Assembly: GCA_964587535.1 (NCBI GenBank)
Contig: CAZPMA010000003.1
Location: 1 to 59,487, forward strand
Direction: 5' to 3'
DNA: 59,487 nucleotides
From: an uncultured Bacteroidales bacterium
GTDB lineage: Bacteria; Bacteroidota; Bacteroidia; Bacteroidales; UBA12077
Shown: positions 1 through 9,345 of the stretch, in pieces
Numbering within the stretch: the first letter of the stretch is position 1
Layout: each line of letters opens with the position of its first letter
Made by a program: the position numbers and the translations under genes
The notes under the pieces: generated by a model
What the model saw: the letters and a program-made list of their open reading frames with translations, nothing else
Database searches by the model: none
Told to the model about the DNA's origin: nothing

Positions 1-920
1 GCTCTTTTTGCTGAAATAGATGTTGAAAGATTTATATAATTTATCATTGCAATAACTATAATGATTAAAGCAATGCTTAAAAAAAGAAGTACAATCTGCT
101 TATTACCGTGTTTTACATAATCATCGTTAATATCATTGTTAAAATATATATCCGAAAATTCTTGAAGATTGAATTCAAAACCTTTATAGAATCTTTCACT
201 GAAGTCCTTTTTTATTCTTTCATTCAGATCATTTAAATTTACATTTTCGTTCAACATGATAAATGTGGCGAACATATTATTATAGATTGCCTTTGTGACA
301 TCATAATCCGGAAATCCCATTAAAAACTTTACTGAAGGGAAATTTGCAATGGCATCGTGTTTAAAACTTGAATTCGACGGATAATCTTCAAATACACCTT
401 GTACAATATAGTCATGTGTATTTTCAATTCTCATAATCTGACCCAGAGGATCAGAATCTCCAAATAGTTTCTGTGCCGTTTTTTGCGATATGATAATGGA
501 TTCATTTGTACTTAATAAATTACTTGTATTGCTTTTTAATATGTTAATTGAAAACATTTTTAAAAAGGATGAATCTGCATAGGCAAGATTTTCAATTTTA
601 ATTGATTTATTGTTCCCATATTGAAATATACGATCATATTCCACATAATATTGAGAAACATATTTTGCTTCAGGGTATTTATTAAGCGTATATTCGCCAT
701 AAGGAGCTGCTGTATAGGCATGATTGCCCTTATTATCTACTAATCTGTATATGCTATCTAAATTTTTATGATATTGATCTACATTCAGTTCATTATGGAC
801 ATACAGAAGAATTAGTATTGCAACAGCAAAACTTAAGGCTAAACCCCCAATATTAATTATGGCATATAATTTATTTTGGACAAGCCTTTTAATGGATGAT
901 TTGATATTTTGTAGTAACAT
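1..920 (-). CDS. MacB/FtsX-type ABC transporter permease, 3'-truncated by window edge (not in ORF track)
   Basis: Manual translation from ATG at 920: MLLQNIKSSIKRLVQNKLYAIINIGGLALSFAVAILILLYVHNEL...; ends at the edge with NYINLSTSISAKRA, the motif seen in the four complete permease paralogs here. Confidence 0.9.
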   Translation of the reverse strand, partial: MLLQNIKSSIKRLVQNKLYAIINIGGLALSFAVAILILLYVHNELNVDQYHKNLDSIYRLVDNKGNHAYTAAPYGEYTLNKYPEAKYVSQYYVEYDRIFQYGNNKSIKIENLAYADSSFLKMFSINILKSNTSNLLSTNESIIISQKTAQKLFGDSDPLGQIMRIENTHDYIVQGVFEDYPSNSSFKHDAIANFPSVKFLMGFPDYDVTKAIYNNMFATFIMLNENVNLNDLNERIKKDFSERFYKGFEFNLQEFSDIYFNNDINDDYVKHGNKQIVLLFLSIALIIIVIAMINYINLSTSISAKR

Positions 921-950
921 ATTTTTTATTTTTTGATTTGTTTTTATCAA

Positions 951-966
951 ACCAATGCACATGCCA
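951..966 (-). promoter_or_regulatory. sigma54-like -24/-12 promoter
   Basis: Minus strand TGGCAT-GTGCA-TTGGT, 30 nt upstream of the permease ATG; GG-N10-G spacing. Confidence 0.6.
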
Positions 967-1032
967 AATACATTTAAGTTTCAGATTATGAGATATTACT
1001 AGTTTTTTCCGAATCTGTTTCTTTTTTAAAAT

Positions 1033-1049
1033 TGTTCAGAAACTGAACG
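1033..1049. promoter_or_regulatory. Palindromic candidate enhancer (bEBP binding site)
   Basis: TGTTCAG-AAA-CTGAACG in the divergent permease/regulator intergenic region. Confidence 0.45.
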
Positions 1050-1113
1050 GTCGATTTTAATTATTGAACAATTACATGTAATTTTATCTAAAATAGCGTA
1101 TTAATTGTAAAGA

Positions 1114-2487
1114 ATGAAAACAAAGACAGGAAAGATTTTAGTTATTGATGATAATGAGTTTGTATTAAAAACAATTAATCAACTTTTAAAATACGAATGT
1201 GAATCTGTAACAACTTTTAAAAATCCCAATCAAATTCCTGCAGAATTAAGTAAGGGAAAATATGACATCATTTTATTGGATATGAATTTCTCTGCTGGGA
1301 TAAACACCGGTAATGAAGGTTTATTTTGGCTTAATGAAATTCTGAAAATCGATAAAGATGCTATTGTTATAATGATTACAGCCTATGGAGATATTGATTT
1401 AGCTGTAAGAGCAATTAAAAAAGGTGCTACCGATTTCATTACAAAACCCTGGGATGCTGAAAAGTTTATTACAACTGTTTTAAATGCAGTTAAGTTAAGT
1501 AAATCAAAACGTAAAAATGAAATTCTTGAAGTAAGGCAAGAACAATTGAATCAGGATATTAATAAGCCTTTTGAAAATTTTATAGGTTCATCACAAAAAA
1601 TGAAAGAAGTATTTTCGCTGATTGAAAAGGTTTCTAAAACAGATGCCAACATTTTAATTCTTGGTGAAAATGGAACAGGCAAAGAACTTATTGCACGCGA
1701 AATTCATAAAAGATCAGAAAAGGCAAAAGAAATATTTATGACAGTGGATATTGCTTCAATGCCCGAATCGATTATTGAAAGCGAACTTTTTGGTTATGTA
1801 AAAGGAGCTTTTACTGATGCACAAGAAGATAGAATAGGTCGATTTGAATCTGCTTCGGGAGGTACTCTATTCCTCGATGAAATTGGGAATTTACCTTTCT
1901 CAATCCAATCAAAATTGCTAACGGTACTGCAAAATAGGAAAATATATAGAGTTGGCAGTTCTAAAGAAATTCCCATCGATGTAAGGTTAATTTGTGCAAC
2001 CAACAATAATTTGGAAGAAATGGTTGAACAAGGTCAATTCAGATCAGATTTATTTTATCGAATCAATACCATACAAATTCAGTCTCCTGCTTTACGAGAA
2101 AGAGAAAACGATATTATTGAATTAGCCAATTTTTATCTCAATAAATTCGCTGATAAATATAATAAAGGAACTTTAACTATTTCAAAAGAAGCTCAAAACG
2201 AACTATTAAATTATCAATGGAAAGGGAATGTTCGCGAATTGATCCATACTGTGGAGAAAGCTGTTATTTTATCGAATAATAATTTGCTAAACGCTGAAGA
2301 TTTTTATTTAAATCCATTTCAAAACAAAACAGCAATCAATATTTCAAATAAGCTCGACGATGTAGAAAAAAGAACTATTGAGTATGTATTAGAAAAACAC
2401 AAAGGCAATTTAACAAAAACAGCAGAAGAGCTTAATATCTCAAGAACTACCCTTTACCATAAATTGAAGAAATATGAAATTCAATAA
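1114..2487 (+). CDS. Sigma54-dependent (NtrC-family) response regulator
   Basis: Receiver (VIDD, LLDMN), AAA+ Walker A GENGTGKE, GAFTDA loop, Walker B LFLDEIG, C-terminal Fis-type HTH. Confidence 0.95.
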   Translation: MKTKTGKILVIDDNEFVLKTINQLLKYECESVTTFKNPNQIPAELSKGKYDIILLDMNFSAGINTGNEGLFWLNEILKIDKDAIVIMITAYGDIDLAVRAIKKGATDFITKPWDAEKFITTVLNAVKLSKSKRKNEILEVRQEQLNQDINKPFENFIGSSQKMKEVFSLIEKVSKTDANILILGENGTGKELIAREIHKRSEKAKEIFMTVDIASMPESIIESELFGYVKGAFTDAQEDRIGRFESASGGTLFLDEIGNLPFSIQSKLLTVLQNRKIYRVGSSKEIPIDVRLICATNNNLEEMVEQGQFRSDLFYRINTIQIQSPALRERENDIIELANFYLNKFADKYNKGTLTISKEAQNELLNYQWKGNVRELIHTVEKAVILSNNNLLNAEDFYLNPFQNKTAINISNKLDDVEKRTIEYVLEKHKGNLTKTAEELNISRTTLYHKLKKYEIQ

Positions 2488-3823
2488 ATTCTTTATTAGT
2501 ATTGTATCAAGAATAATACTAATTGTATGTACATGTTTCCTTTTTGTGTTTTTTTCAGGAAAAGATGATCTCTTGCTTACGTCTATATTTCTTGTATTTC
2601 TGATTATTATTCAAATAGTTTTCTTAATTAGATATGTTAACAGAACAAACAGAGAACTGGCCGAATTCCTGATACATCTGCAACAAGGCGATACATCTGT
2701 TGTTTTTAGTAAAGAAAATATTGAAAAAACTTTTAAAGGCTTAAGAAGTAGTTTTGAAAAGATAAATACTGATTTTAGAGACATTAAAACAGAAAAAGCG
2801 CAGAAAGAACAATATCTTGATTTTATTATTAATAATGTAAAAACGGGTCTGTTAGCAACTGATGAAACTGGTAATATTGAGTTTGTTAATAATCAAGCTA
2901 AAATATTTTTAAATAAAAAAAATCATCGGCTAAGTAATATTAATACGCTTGATGATGAATTTGTAAAGATTTTTAAAAAAAAGAGTATTTCTGAAATACC
3001 TGTATTAAAAAAAACAATAAACGATGAATTGTTTTACTTAGCTTTTAATCTGTCTGAGTTTAAAATAAACAATAAACTAATAAGGCTTTTTTCAATTCAT
3101 GATGTAAAAAAAGAAATTGAAAGTAACGAGGTTGAATCATGGCAAAAACTCACCAGTGTTTTAACACACGAAATGATGAACTCAATCACTCCAATAACTT
3201 CATTAGCTCATGCAATTAAACGATACTTAAAGAATGATATTGGGTTAAAAGATAAACTGGAAATAAGTAATGAATTAATTTCTGATATTGTTGATAATGC
3301 AGATTTAATAGAAAACAGAGGAAAAGGCTTACTCGAATTTATAAATAACTACCGCACAATAACAAAGCTACCAAAACCTAAATTTGAAAAATTTAATGTA
3401 AAACCATTTTTACAAAAAATTATACTTTTATTTAATAAAGAGATTAACGAAAATGAAATAGAAATATCTTTAGATGTAAATCCTGAAAGCCTTGCTTTAA
3501 TAGCCGATATAGGAATGATTGAACAGGTAATTATTAATTTAATAAAAAACTCCATTGAATCATTTACTAAAAATACAAATCCTAAAATTGAAATAAAGGC
3601 CACGTTTAATAATAATCAAAAAACAATAATTAGTTTAATGGATAATGGAAATGGAATTGAGCCTGAAATTATGGATAATATTTTTGTGCCATTTTTCACA
3701 ACAAAGGAAAAAGGCTCAGGTATTGGTTTGAGCCTTTCCCGACAAATTATGCATTTGCATGGTGGTAATATTTTTGTGCGGTCTGAACCGAATAAGGAAA
3801 CAATATTTACGCTTCATTTTTAA
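2474..3823 (+). CDS. Sensor histidine kinase
   Basis: Two N-terminal TM segments, PAS-like region, H-box LTHEMMNS, N-box NLIKNS, G boxes DNGNG and GSGIGLSLS; overlaps regulator stop. Confidence 0.93.
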   Translation: MKFNKFFISIVSRIILIVCTCFLFVFFSGKDDLLLTSIFLVFLIIIQIVFLIRYVNRTNRELAEFLIHLQQGDTSVVFSKENIEKTFKGLRSSFEKINTDFRDIKTEKAQKEQYLDFIINNVKTGLLATDETGNIEFVNNQAKIFLNKKNHRLSNINTLDDEFVKIFKKKSISEIPVLKKTINDELFYLAFNLSEFKINNKLIRLFSIHDVKKEIESNEVESWQKLTSVLTHEMMNSITPITSLAHAIKRYLKNDIGLKDKLEISNELISDIVDNADLIENRGKGLLEFINNYRTITKLPKPKFEKFNVKPFLQKIILLFNKEINENEIEISLDVNPESLALIADIGMIEQVIINLIKNSIESFTKNTNPKIEIKATFNNNQKTIISLMDNGNGIEPEIMDNIFVPFFTTKEKGSGIGLSLSRQIMHLHGGNIFVRSEPNKETIFTLHF

Positions 3824-4284
3824 TTGACCAATGCCAAAAACTTCTTAAAATCGGGTTCGCCTTTAAAATCAAATAGCAACATAACTGTCTCGTTTTCACT
3901 TTCAACAAGCATTAACATCTCTGAACAACGCTTATTTTTCTTGTGCATTATCATTCTTACTTTTTCATCATATTCCTGCACGGTCATTAACTCTGTAAAT
4001 TTCCCTGATTTTATTCCTTCTTCTAAGCCAACTAAATCTTCTTTATAAAATCCATTCTCAGAAATTACGATTCTCATATCATCAATTTGTTTCAAAATTT
4101 CGCGTTCTTCTTTTTCAAGATCGCCAAAAGCTATCCCTACTTTAATTATAAAAGTTGGTATAAAAATTGAAAATTCTGAATTATCTCTTTGATAATCTTT
4201 TACTACATCGCGAAGTGTTTCCTGTGCAAACAAGCTTGGTATTGTAAGCATTACAACTACAATTGAAGCTATTATTCTTTTCAT
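3820..4284 (-). CDS. Exported DUF4252-like protein
   Basis: Signal peptide ending LFA-Q; length and pattern resemble Bacteroidota DUF4252 (recognised from memory). Confidence 0.65.
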   Translation of the reverse strand: MKRIIASIVVVMLTIPSLFAQETLRDVVKDYQRDNSEFSIFIPTFIIKVGIAFGDLEKEEREILKQIDDMRIVISENGFYKEDLVGLEEGIKSGKFTELMTVQEYDEKVRMIMHKKNKRCSEMLMLVESENETVMLLFDFKGEPDFKKFLALVN

Positions 4285-4370
4285 GACTTTTGTGTTTTTA
4301 ATGAATAATCTTTTTAAAAAGACGAATGAGATTTTAATTCGTTACAAATTATAAAAAAGAAGCTGTTTCA

Positions 4371-4448
4371 TACTTCGATAAACTCAGTATAACAGCTTCC
4401 AATTCTAATTGTCACACTGTCCCGATAGCTATCAGGATTGTCGAAGTG
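4371..4448. repeat. Inverted pair of REP-like palindromes; the second carries an 18-bp palindrome insert
   Basis: 4371-4393 tacttcgataaactcagtataac is a degenerate reverse complement of 4411-4448 gtcacactg[tcccgatagctatcagga]ttgtcgaagtg. Confidence 0.7.
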
Positions 4449-4467
4449 TTTACAATTATAAAAATTT

Positions 4468-5835
4468 CTAAAAATATTTTTCGGGATCAACATTCTCCCC
4501 ATCTTTCTTTATTTCATAGTGCAGATGTGAACCAGTTGACAAACCAGAACTTCCAACATATCCAATTACATCACCTTGTTTCACTTCTTGCCCTTCCTTT
4601 ACATTATAAGCAGAAAGTTGCGAATACAAAGTTGAATATTCATTTGCATGGTCAATAATAATATATCTTCCATATCCTTTGCCTTCGGTATGATTTTGTT
4701 TTACTGTACGAACCAAACCATTTGCTGTAGCATATACTGGAGTTTCCTTTGGAGCTTTAATATCAACGGCACTATGCATCATCTTCTTTTTTGAGATTGG
4801 ATGAATTCTAATACCAAACCCTGAACTTATTTTAACTCCTTCTACTCTTTTAACAGGGAAAATGGAAGGTATTTCTGTTGATCTTTTTTCAAGCATTTGA
4901 GATGTATCCTGTCTTTTAATATTCATTTCAGAACTTAGGTTTACCGTAAATGCCATCAACAATACTGCAACTAAAGGTAATATTAATAATGCTTTTAGCT
5001 TTGAAACTTTTCCTGATTTTATTCTTGTCATCATGTGTATTCTGTTTTTTGTTAGTGAATAATTAAACTGACTGGCAAGACTTACATTCAGACTTTTCTC
5101 AATTTGGCTAAGAATAAGCTTTTGATAAGCAATTTTGTCATTTTTCTTTATCAAGACTCCCCTATCGGCCAAATATTCATGAATTTCTTTAAATGCCTGT
5201 CTATACCTGTAAATGAAAGGATTAAACCACTGAAGAACAAGTATAATTTCAAGTAGAATTACATCAAATGAATGTTTCTGTTTTACATGTGTAATTTCAT
5301 GTAATAATAGTTCATTCGATCCTTCCCGATTCCCAATAGCTATCGGGATATCGGGAGTGCCAAAATCATCTTTATCTATAAAAATGTAATTAAAAAATGA
5401 GAATGGTGTACTAGATTCCTTTAAAAGAACTAGTTTATAAGTATCATAATTTATAATCTCATTGGCTTGTATTTTTTTTATAATTTTAAAAAACTGATTA
5501 AACAACCTTATAGAAAAAACGCTTATTATCAATAAATAAAAGAGCAATACAAAATTTATTTTAGGAAGTACTTGTAAAGCATTAGTTTCCAAAACTTCTA
5601 CTGCTGTACTAATCCCAATATACTCATTAAATTCAAACTGATTATGAGAATTAACCAATTCGTTTGAAACTGAAAATTCAAGAATTGGAACAATTAATGA
5701 AAATAACAGTCCAAATAAAAGAAAGTACCGGTTAAATCGAAACCATGTATCCCTTTTAAAGAATAATTCATAAAATAAATAAAACAAAGAAATTGATATT
5801 CCTGATTCTATGATGTAAATAATAAAACGATGCAT
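4468..5835 (-). CDS. BlaR1-like M56 peptidase fused to a C-terminal M23 peptidase domain
   Basis: N-terminal TMs, FSFFNYIF, HEITH zinc motif; M23 motifs HSAVD and HLHYE; coupled to the BlaI gene. Confidence 0.9.
   Translation of the reverse strand: MHRFIIYIIESGISISLFYLFYELFFKRDTWFRFNRYFLLFGLLFSLIVPILEFSVSNELVNSHNQFEFNEYIGISTAVEVLETNALQVLPKINFVLLFYLLIISVFSIRLFNQFFKIIKKIQANEIINYDTYKLVLLKESSTPFSFFNYIFIDKDDFGTPDIPIAIGNREGSNELLLHEITHVKQKHSFDVILLEIILVLQWFNPFIYRYRQAFKEIHEYLADRGVLIKKNDKIAYQKLILSQIEKSLNVSLASQFNYSLTKNRIHMMTRIKSGKVSKLKALLILPLVAVLLMAFTVNLSSEMNIKRQDTSQMLEKRSTEIPSIFPVKRVEGVKISSGFGIRIHPISKKKMMHSAVDIKAPKETPVYATANGLVRTVKQNHTEGKGYGRYIIIDHANEYSTLYSQLSAYNVKEGQEVKQGDVIGYVGSSGLSTGSHLHYEIKKDGENVDPEKYF
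5324..5356. repeat. Nested palindrome inside the M56 coding sequence
   Basis: tcccgat-tcccaatagctatcggga-tatcggga; read in frame as (T)PDIPIAIGNR(E). Confidence 0.8.
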
Positions 5836-6215
5836 TATTCAGACTTTTTCTTTTTTTTAATTTGTTCTTCAACTTGCTTTTTTAACTGTTCTAATTCACT
5901 TAAGCTAAGATCATTTTCCGAAGCAAAAAATGAAACTAGTTTGCTTGCCGAATTATTAAAGAATCCTTTAATAGCATGTTTGAAAAACACTTTTGTATAT
6001 TCCTTTTTACTTATTTCAGGATAATATTCGTTTGATTTTCCATAAGTTCTATATCCTATAAAACCTTTATTAACTAAAACTCTCACTACTGTAGAGATTG
6101 TTGTGTATGCAGGTTTTGGATCGGGATATTGATCAACAATATCTTTCAAAAATCCTTTTTCAATATCCCAGAGATATTGCATTACTTGTTCTTCAGCTTT
6201 GGTTAATTCTTTCAT
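5835..6215 (-). CDS. BlaI/MecI/CopY-family repressor
   Basis: LTKAEEQVMQYLW, PAYTTISTVVRVL, FFNNSASKLVSFF; upstream of M56 gene. Confidence 0.93.
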   Translation of the reverse strand: MKELTKAEEQVMQYLWDIEKGFLKDIVDQYPDPKPAYTTISTVVRVLVNKGFIGYRTYGKSNEYYPEISKKEYTKVFFKHAIKGFFNNSASKLVSFFASENDLSLSELEQLKKQVEEQIKKKKKSE

Positions 6216-6219
6216 GAGA

Positions 6220-6283
6220 CAAAGATATAACTATTTTTATAATTATACTACTATTTTTATAGTTTTTAGACTATTTTTATAAT
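6220..6283 (-). promoter_or_regulatory. Bacteroidota -7 promoter element plus three candidate BlaI operators
   Basis: TATCTTTG on minus strand at 6220-6227; ACTATTTTTATA at 6230, 6250 and 6270 (20-bp period); middle copy is the palindrome ACTAT-N4-ATAGT. Confidence 0.7.
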
Positions 6284-6528
6284 CATACATTCTAAATTCC
6301 TTATGTTTATTGGATTCTATACAATCCAAAATTTTAAATTTAGCCCAAATATAAGCAAGCAATTATTTAATTTATTGCTTTGTTTTGGTTTTTCATTAAA
6401 TCAAATGGTATAATTTTTGACCTTAAACGCTCAAATTAGAAGAAAATTTTAAATTATAATGTTTTAACCAATTTTTATTATTCCAATTATATTGTTAATT
6501 TTCAAAACCATTTCAAAATCAAAATACC

Positions 6529-7887
6529 ATGAAAAAACTACTACTCATTTTAAGTGTACTATTATTAGTTGCAGGTTGTGCATCAAAAAAATACACAAAG
6601 AAAGCTGTAAAATTTGAAGAATCAGGTCTTTATGAAGATGCTGCTGAATATTATTACCAAGCTGTCAAAAAGAAAGATTCTAATGTAGAAGCTAAGTTAG
6701 GTTTAAGAAAAAATGGTCAACTTACACTTGACCGAAAGCTTTCTGATTTTTCGATGGCCTATAAGCAAGCAGATTATAAGAAAGCGGTATATAATTATTT
6801 AGAAGCAGATAAATATTATAAAAAAGTAAAATCAGTAAAGGTTGATCTGGATTTTCCTGATCATTATAAAGAATATTACGAAGAAGCTAAAGGTGACTAT
6901 CTTAATAAAAAGTATGCAGATGGTGTGGATAAACTGAATCGTGAAGATTTTACTGCCGCATTAAGCGTTTTCGAAGAAATTAATAAAATAGATGCAGACT
7001 ATAAAGATGTTAAAGAATTATACATTACAGCTAAATACGAGCCAATGTATCGCGATGCGAATCAGTATTTAGAAACAGGTCTGTACAGAAAAGCTTATTA
7101 TACATTTGAGAATATTATTAAAGGAGCAGGAACATACAAGCAATCAGTTGCATTAAAAGATGAAGCACAGGAAAAAGGTACTATATCAGTATTAGTTGTA
7201 GATTTAGGTTCTTCTATTTTTGGGAATTCAAGATTTGCCCAAACCGCTACTACAGAACTAAAAGGTGAATTAAGCAAATTAAATAATCCCTTTTTAAAAA
7301 TTGTTGATCAGTCAGCAATTAATGCCAATATAATTAAAGATGGAAAAGTAAACATGCAAGCTGCAAACCTTGCTGGAGTAAACGCAATATTATCTGGTGA
7401 TATAGTTATCGCCCGAAGAATTAAAGGCGATCTTAACAAAGAAGAAAAAAGGGGATATTTAAAAGAAATTAATATAACAAAAAACGCGGAAGGAGAAGAA
7501 GTTAAAAAAACAGTTTACCACAAAATAATTTATTGGGAGTACACTCAAGAAAGCAGTGCCCAACTTAAAATAAATTATAGTTTAACATCTACTTCCAATA
7601 ACTCTGTGTTGGTTTCCGATGCAATAAATCTTTCAAATTCAGATAAAATACATTATGCAGTATTTGATGGTGATAAGGATAAAATTATCCCTGGTTACTG
7701 GAAATTTAAAAATATGGATTCTAAAGAAGATATAAGAAATGACAGTAGCAGTGATTTAAAGAAACTGGAAAATTTATTTAAAGCCGATAAAGAAGTTAAA
7801 TCGCCAGATATTTTACTTAACAATTTATTAAATGAAGCTGTAAGTAAAATTACGAATGATGTAAATAATTATAATCCGGAAAAATAA
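6529..7887 (+). CDS. Lipoprotein with TPR-like helical repeats and a C-terminal alpha/beta domain
   Basis: Lipobox LVAG-C; Tyr/Ala-rich helical repeats; function unknown. Confidence 0.75.
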   Translation: MKKLLLILSVLLLVAGCASKKYTKKAVKFEESGLYEDAAEYYYQAVKKKDSNVEAKLGLRKNGQLTLDRKLSDFSMAYKQADYKKAVYNYLEADKYYKKVKSVKVDLDFPDHYKEYYEEAKGDYLNKKYADGVDKLNREDFTAALSVFEEINKIDADYKDVKELYITAKYEPMYRDANQYLETGLYRKAYYTFENIIKGAGTYKQSVALKDEAQEKGTISVLVVDLGSSIFGNSRFAQTATTELKGELSKLNNPFLKIVDQSAINANIIKDGKVNMQAANLAGVNAILSGDIVIARRIKGDLNKEEKRGYLKEINITKNAEGEEVKKTVYHKIIYWEYTQESSAQLKINYSLTSTSNNSVLVSDAINLSNSDKIHYAVFDGDKDKIIPGYWKFKNMDSKEDIRNDSSSDLKKLENLFKADKEVKSPDILLNNLLNEAVSKITNDVNNYNPEK

Positions 7888-9233
7888 TGAGAAAATATTT
7901 ATTCATTCTTTTAGTTCTATTTTCATCATGTGCTGCAAAAAAACAAACTGCAGAGTTTGAAGCCCGACCTGATTGGGTAAAACAAAAACCAATTATCCCC
8001 GGATATTATGTTGGAATAGCATCCGTAAAAAAGGTAGGCACATCGGCACAATATATCGCAAAAGCAAGACAACAAGCTTTAGCAGATTTAGCTGAAAGTG
8101 TTTCTTCAAGTGTTAGTGCTACTTCGGTATTACATAGCATAGAAACAGAATATGGAGTTGCTGAAACTTTTGATCAAAAAATTCAAATAAGTACAGACGA
8201 CTATCTCGAAGGATTTGACCCTGTTAGTTCGTATGAAAATGAAAGCTCTTATTGGGTTTATTATAAAATATCCAAAATGACCTATCATGAGATGAAAGAA
8301 AAGAAAAAACAGGAGGCTGTTTCAACTGCATTAGCTAAGTATGAATCTGGTTTGAATGATCAAAATGAAAACAAACCACAGGAAGCTATGTCATTTTACT
8401 TACAAGGCTTACAGGCTTTAAAGCGATATCTTAACGAAGAAACACCAACTGATTTAAATGGTGAAAAAGTTGATATAGGAAATAAATTGTATGCATCAAC
8501 TACAGAAATTCTTAATGCCCTGGAGATTAAATCAGAACTTGGTGAAATTAATGTAAAACGTGGAAATGCCTATGATGATAATTTAAAATTTCTCGTAACA
8601 TATAATAACAATCCTGTTCAGGGAATACCAGTAGAGTTTAAATATACAGGTGGTTATTTGAAAAAAGATAAACAGGTATCTGATCTGAATGGATATGTTC
8701 AACTAGAACCTGAAGTGCTGAATTCCCGAAATGGTAAAGAACAGATAACTGCAGAGATAAACTTAAAAGAACTAGCTCAAAAATCAGTGGATGATGTGTT
8801 TATTAGAAGATTAGTAGTAAGTAAAAAACTAAAACCCGCTACAGTTCAGGTTAATATTATATCTCCTTCTGTAGTGCTAGTAATTGATGAAAAAAATTGC
8901 AATGAAGATGATTGCAATCAAATCAAAAATATCTTTAATGATAATGCAAAACAATATGGCTATGAAATAAGATCAGAAAATAATGCTGATTTTAAATTTG
9001 AATTATCATATACATATAAACAAGGAGAAAGAGCTGGCGGATTAGTTGCTGTTTATATTTCAGGTGAATTAAGAATAAAAAATGCTTCCGGAGATCTTTT
9101 GTGGGCAAAACAAACTGAAGATCTTAAAGGTGTTGGAAACAACATGGTTGCATCTAAAAACAAGGCCTATTCTGAATTATTAACTGCTCTGAACCGAAAA
9201 TATTTTAAACAAGGATTAGAAGAAATAAAATAA
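7887..9233 (+). CDS. LPP20-like lipoprotein
   Basis: Lipobox LFSS-C, RPDWV then YYVGIAS...ARQQALADLAE typical of LPP20 domains; TAATG coupling to the previous gene. Confidence 0.75.
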   Translation: MRKYLFILLVLFSSCAAKKQTAEFEARPDWVKQKPIIPGYYVGIASVKKVGTSAQYIAKARQQALADLAESVSSSVSATSVLHSIETEYGVAETFDQKIQISTDDYLEGFDPVSSYENESSYWVYYKISKMTYHEMKEKKKQEAVSTALAKYESGLNDQNENKPQEAMSFYLQGLQALKRYLNEETPTDLNGEKVDIGNKLYASTTEILNALEIKSELGEINVKRGNAYDDNLKFLVTYNNNPVQGIPVEFKYTGGYLKKDKQVSDLNGYVQLEPEVLNSRNGKEQITAEINLKELAQKSVDDVFIRRLVVSKKLKPATVQVNIISPSVVLVIDEKNCNEDDCNQIKNIFNDNAKQYGYEIRSENNADFKFELSYTYKQGERAGGLVAVYISGELRIKNASGDLLWAKQTEDLKGVGNNMVASKNKAYSELLTALNRKYFKQGLEEIK

Positions 9234-9251
9234 TATTTTTGATTTAATGAT

Positions 9252-9283
9252 AAAAAACGAGAGAATTTACTCTCGTTTTTTTT
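9252..9283 (+). terminator. Intrinsic terminator
   Basis: aaaaaacgagag-aattta-ctctcgtttttttt. Confidence 0.8.
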
Positions 9284-9345
9284 GTTTGATTAAACCTAAG
9301 ATTAAATTTTTACTCTAAATACTATCTAATTAATATCACACAGCT

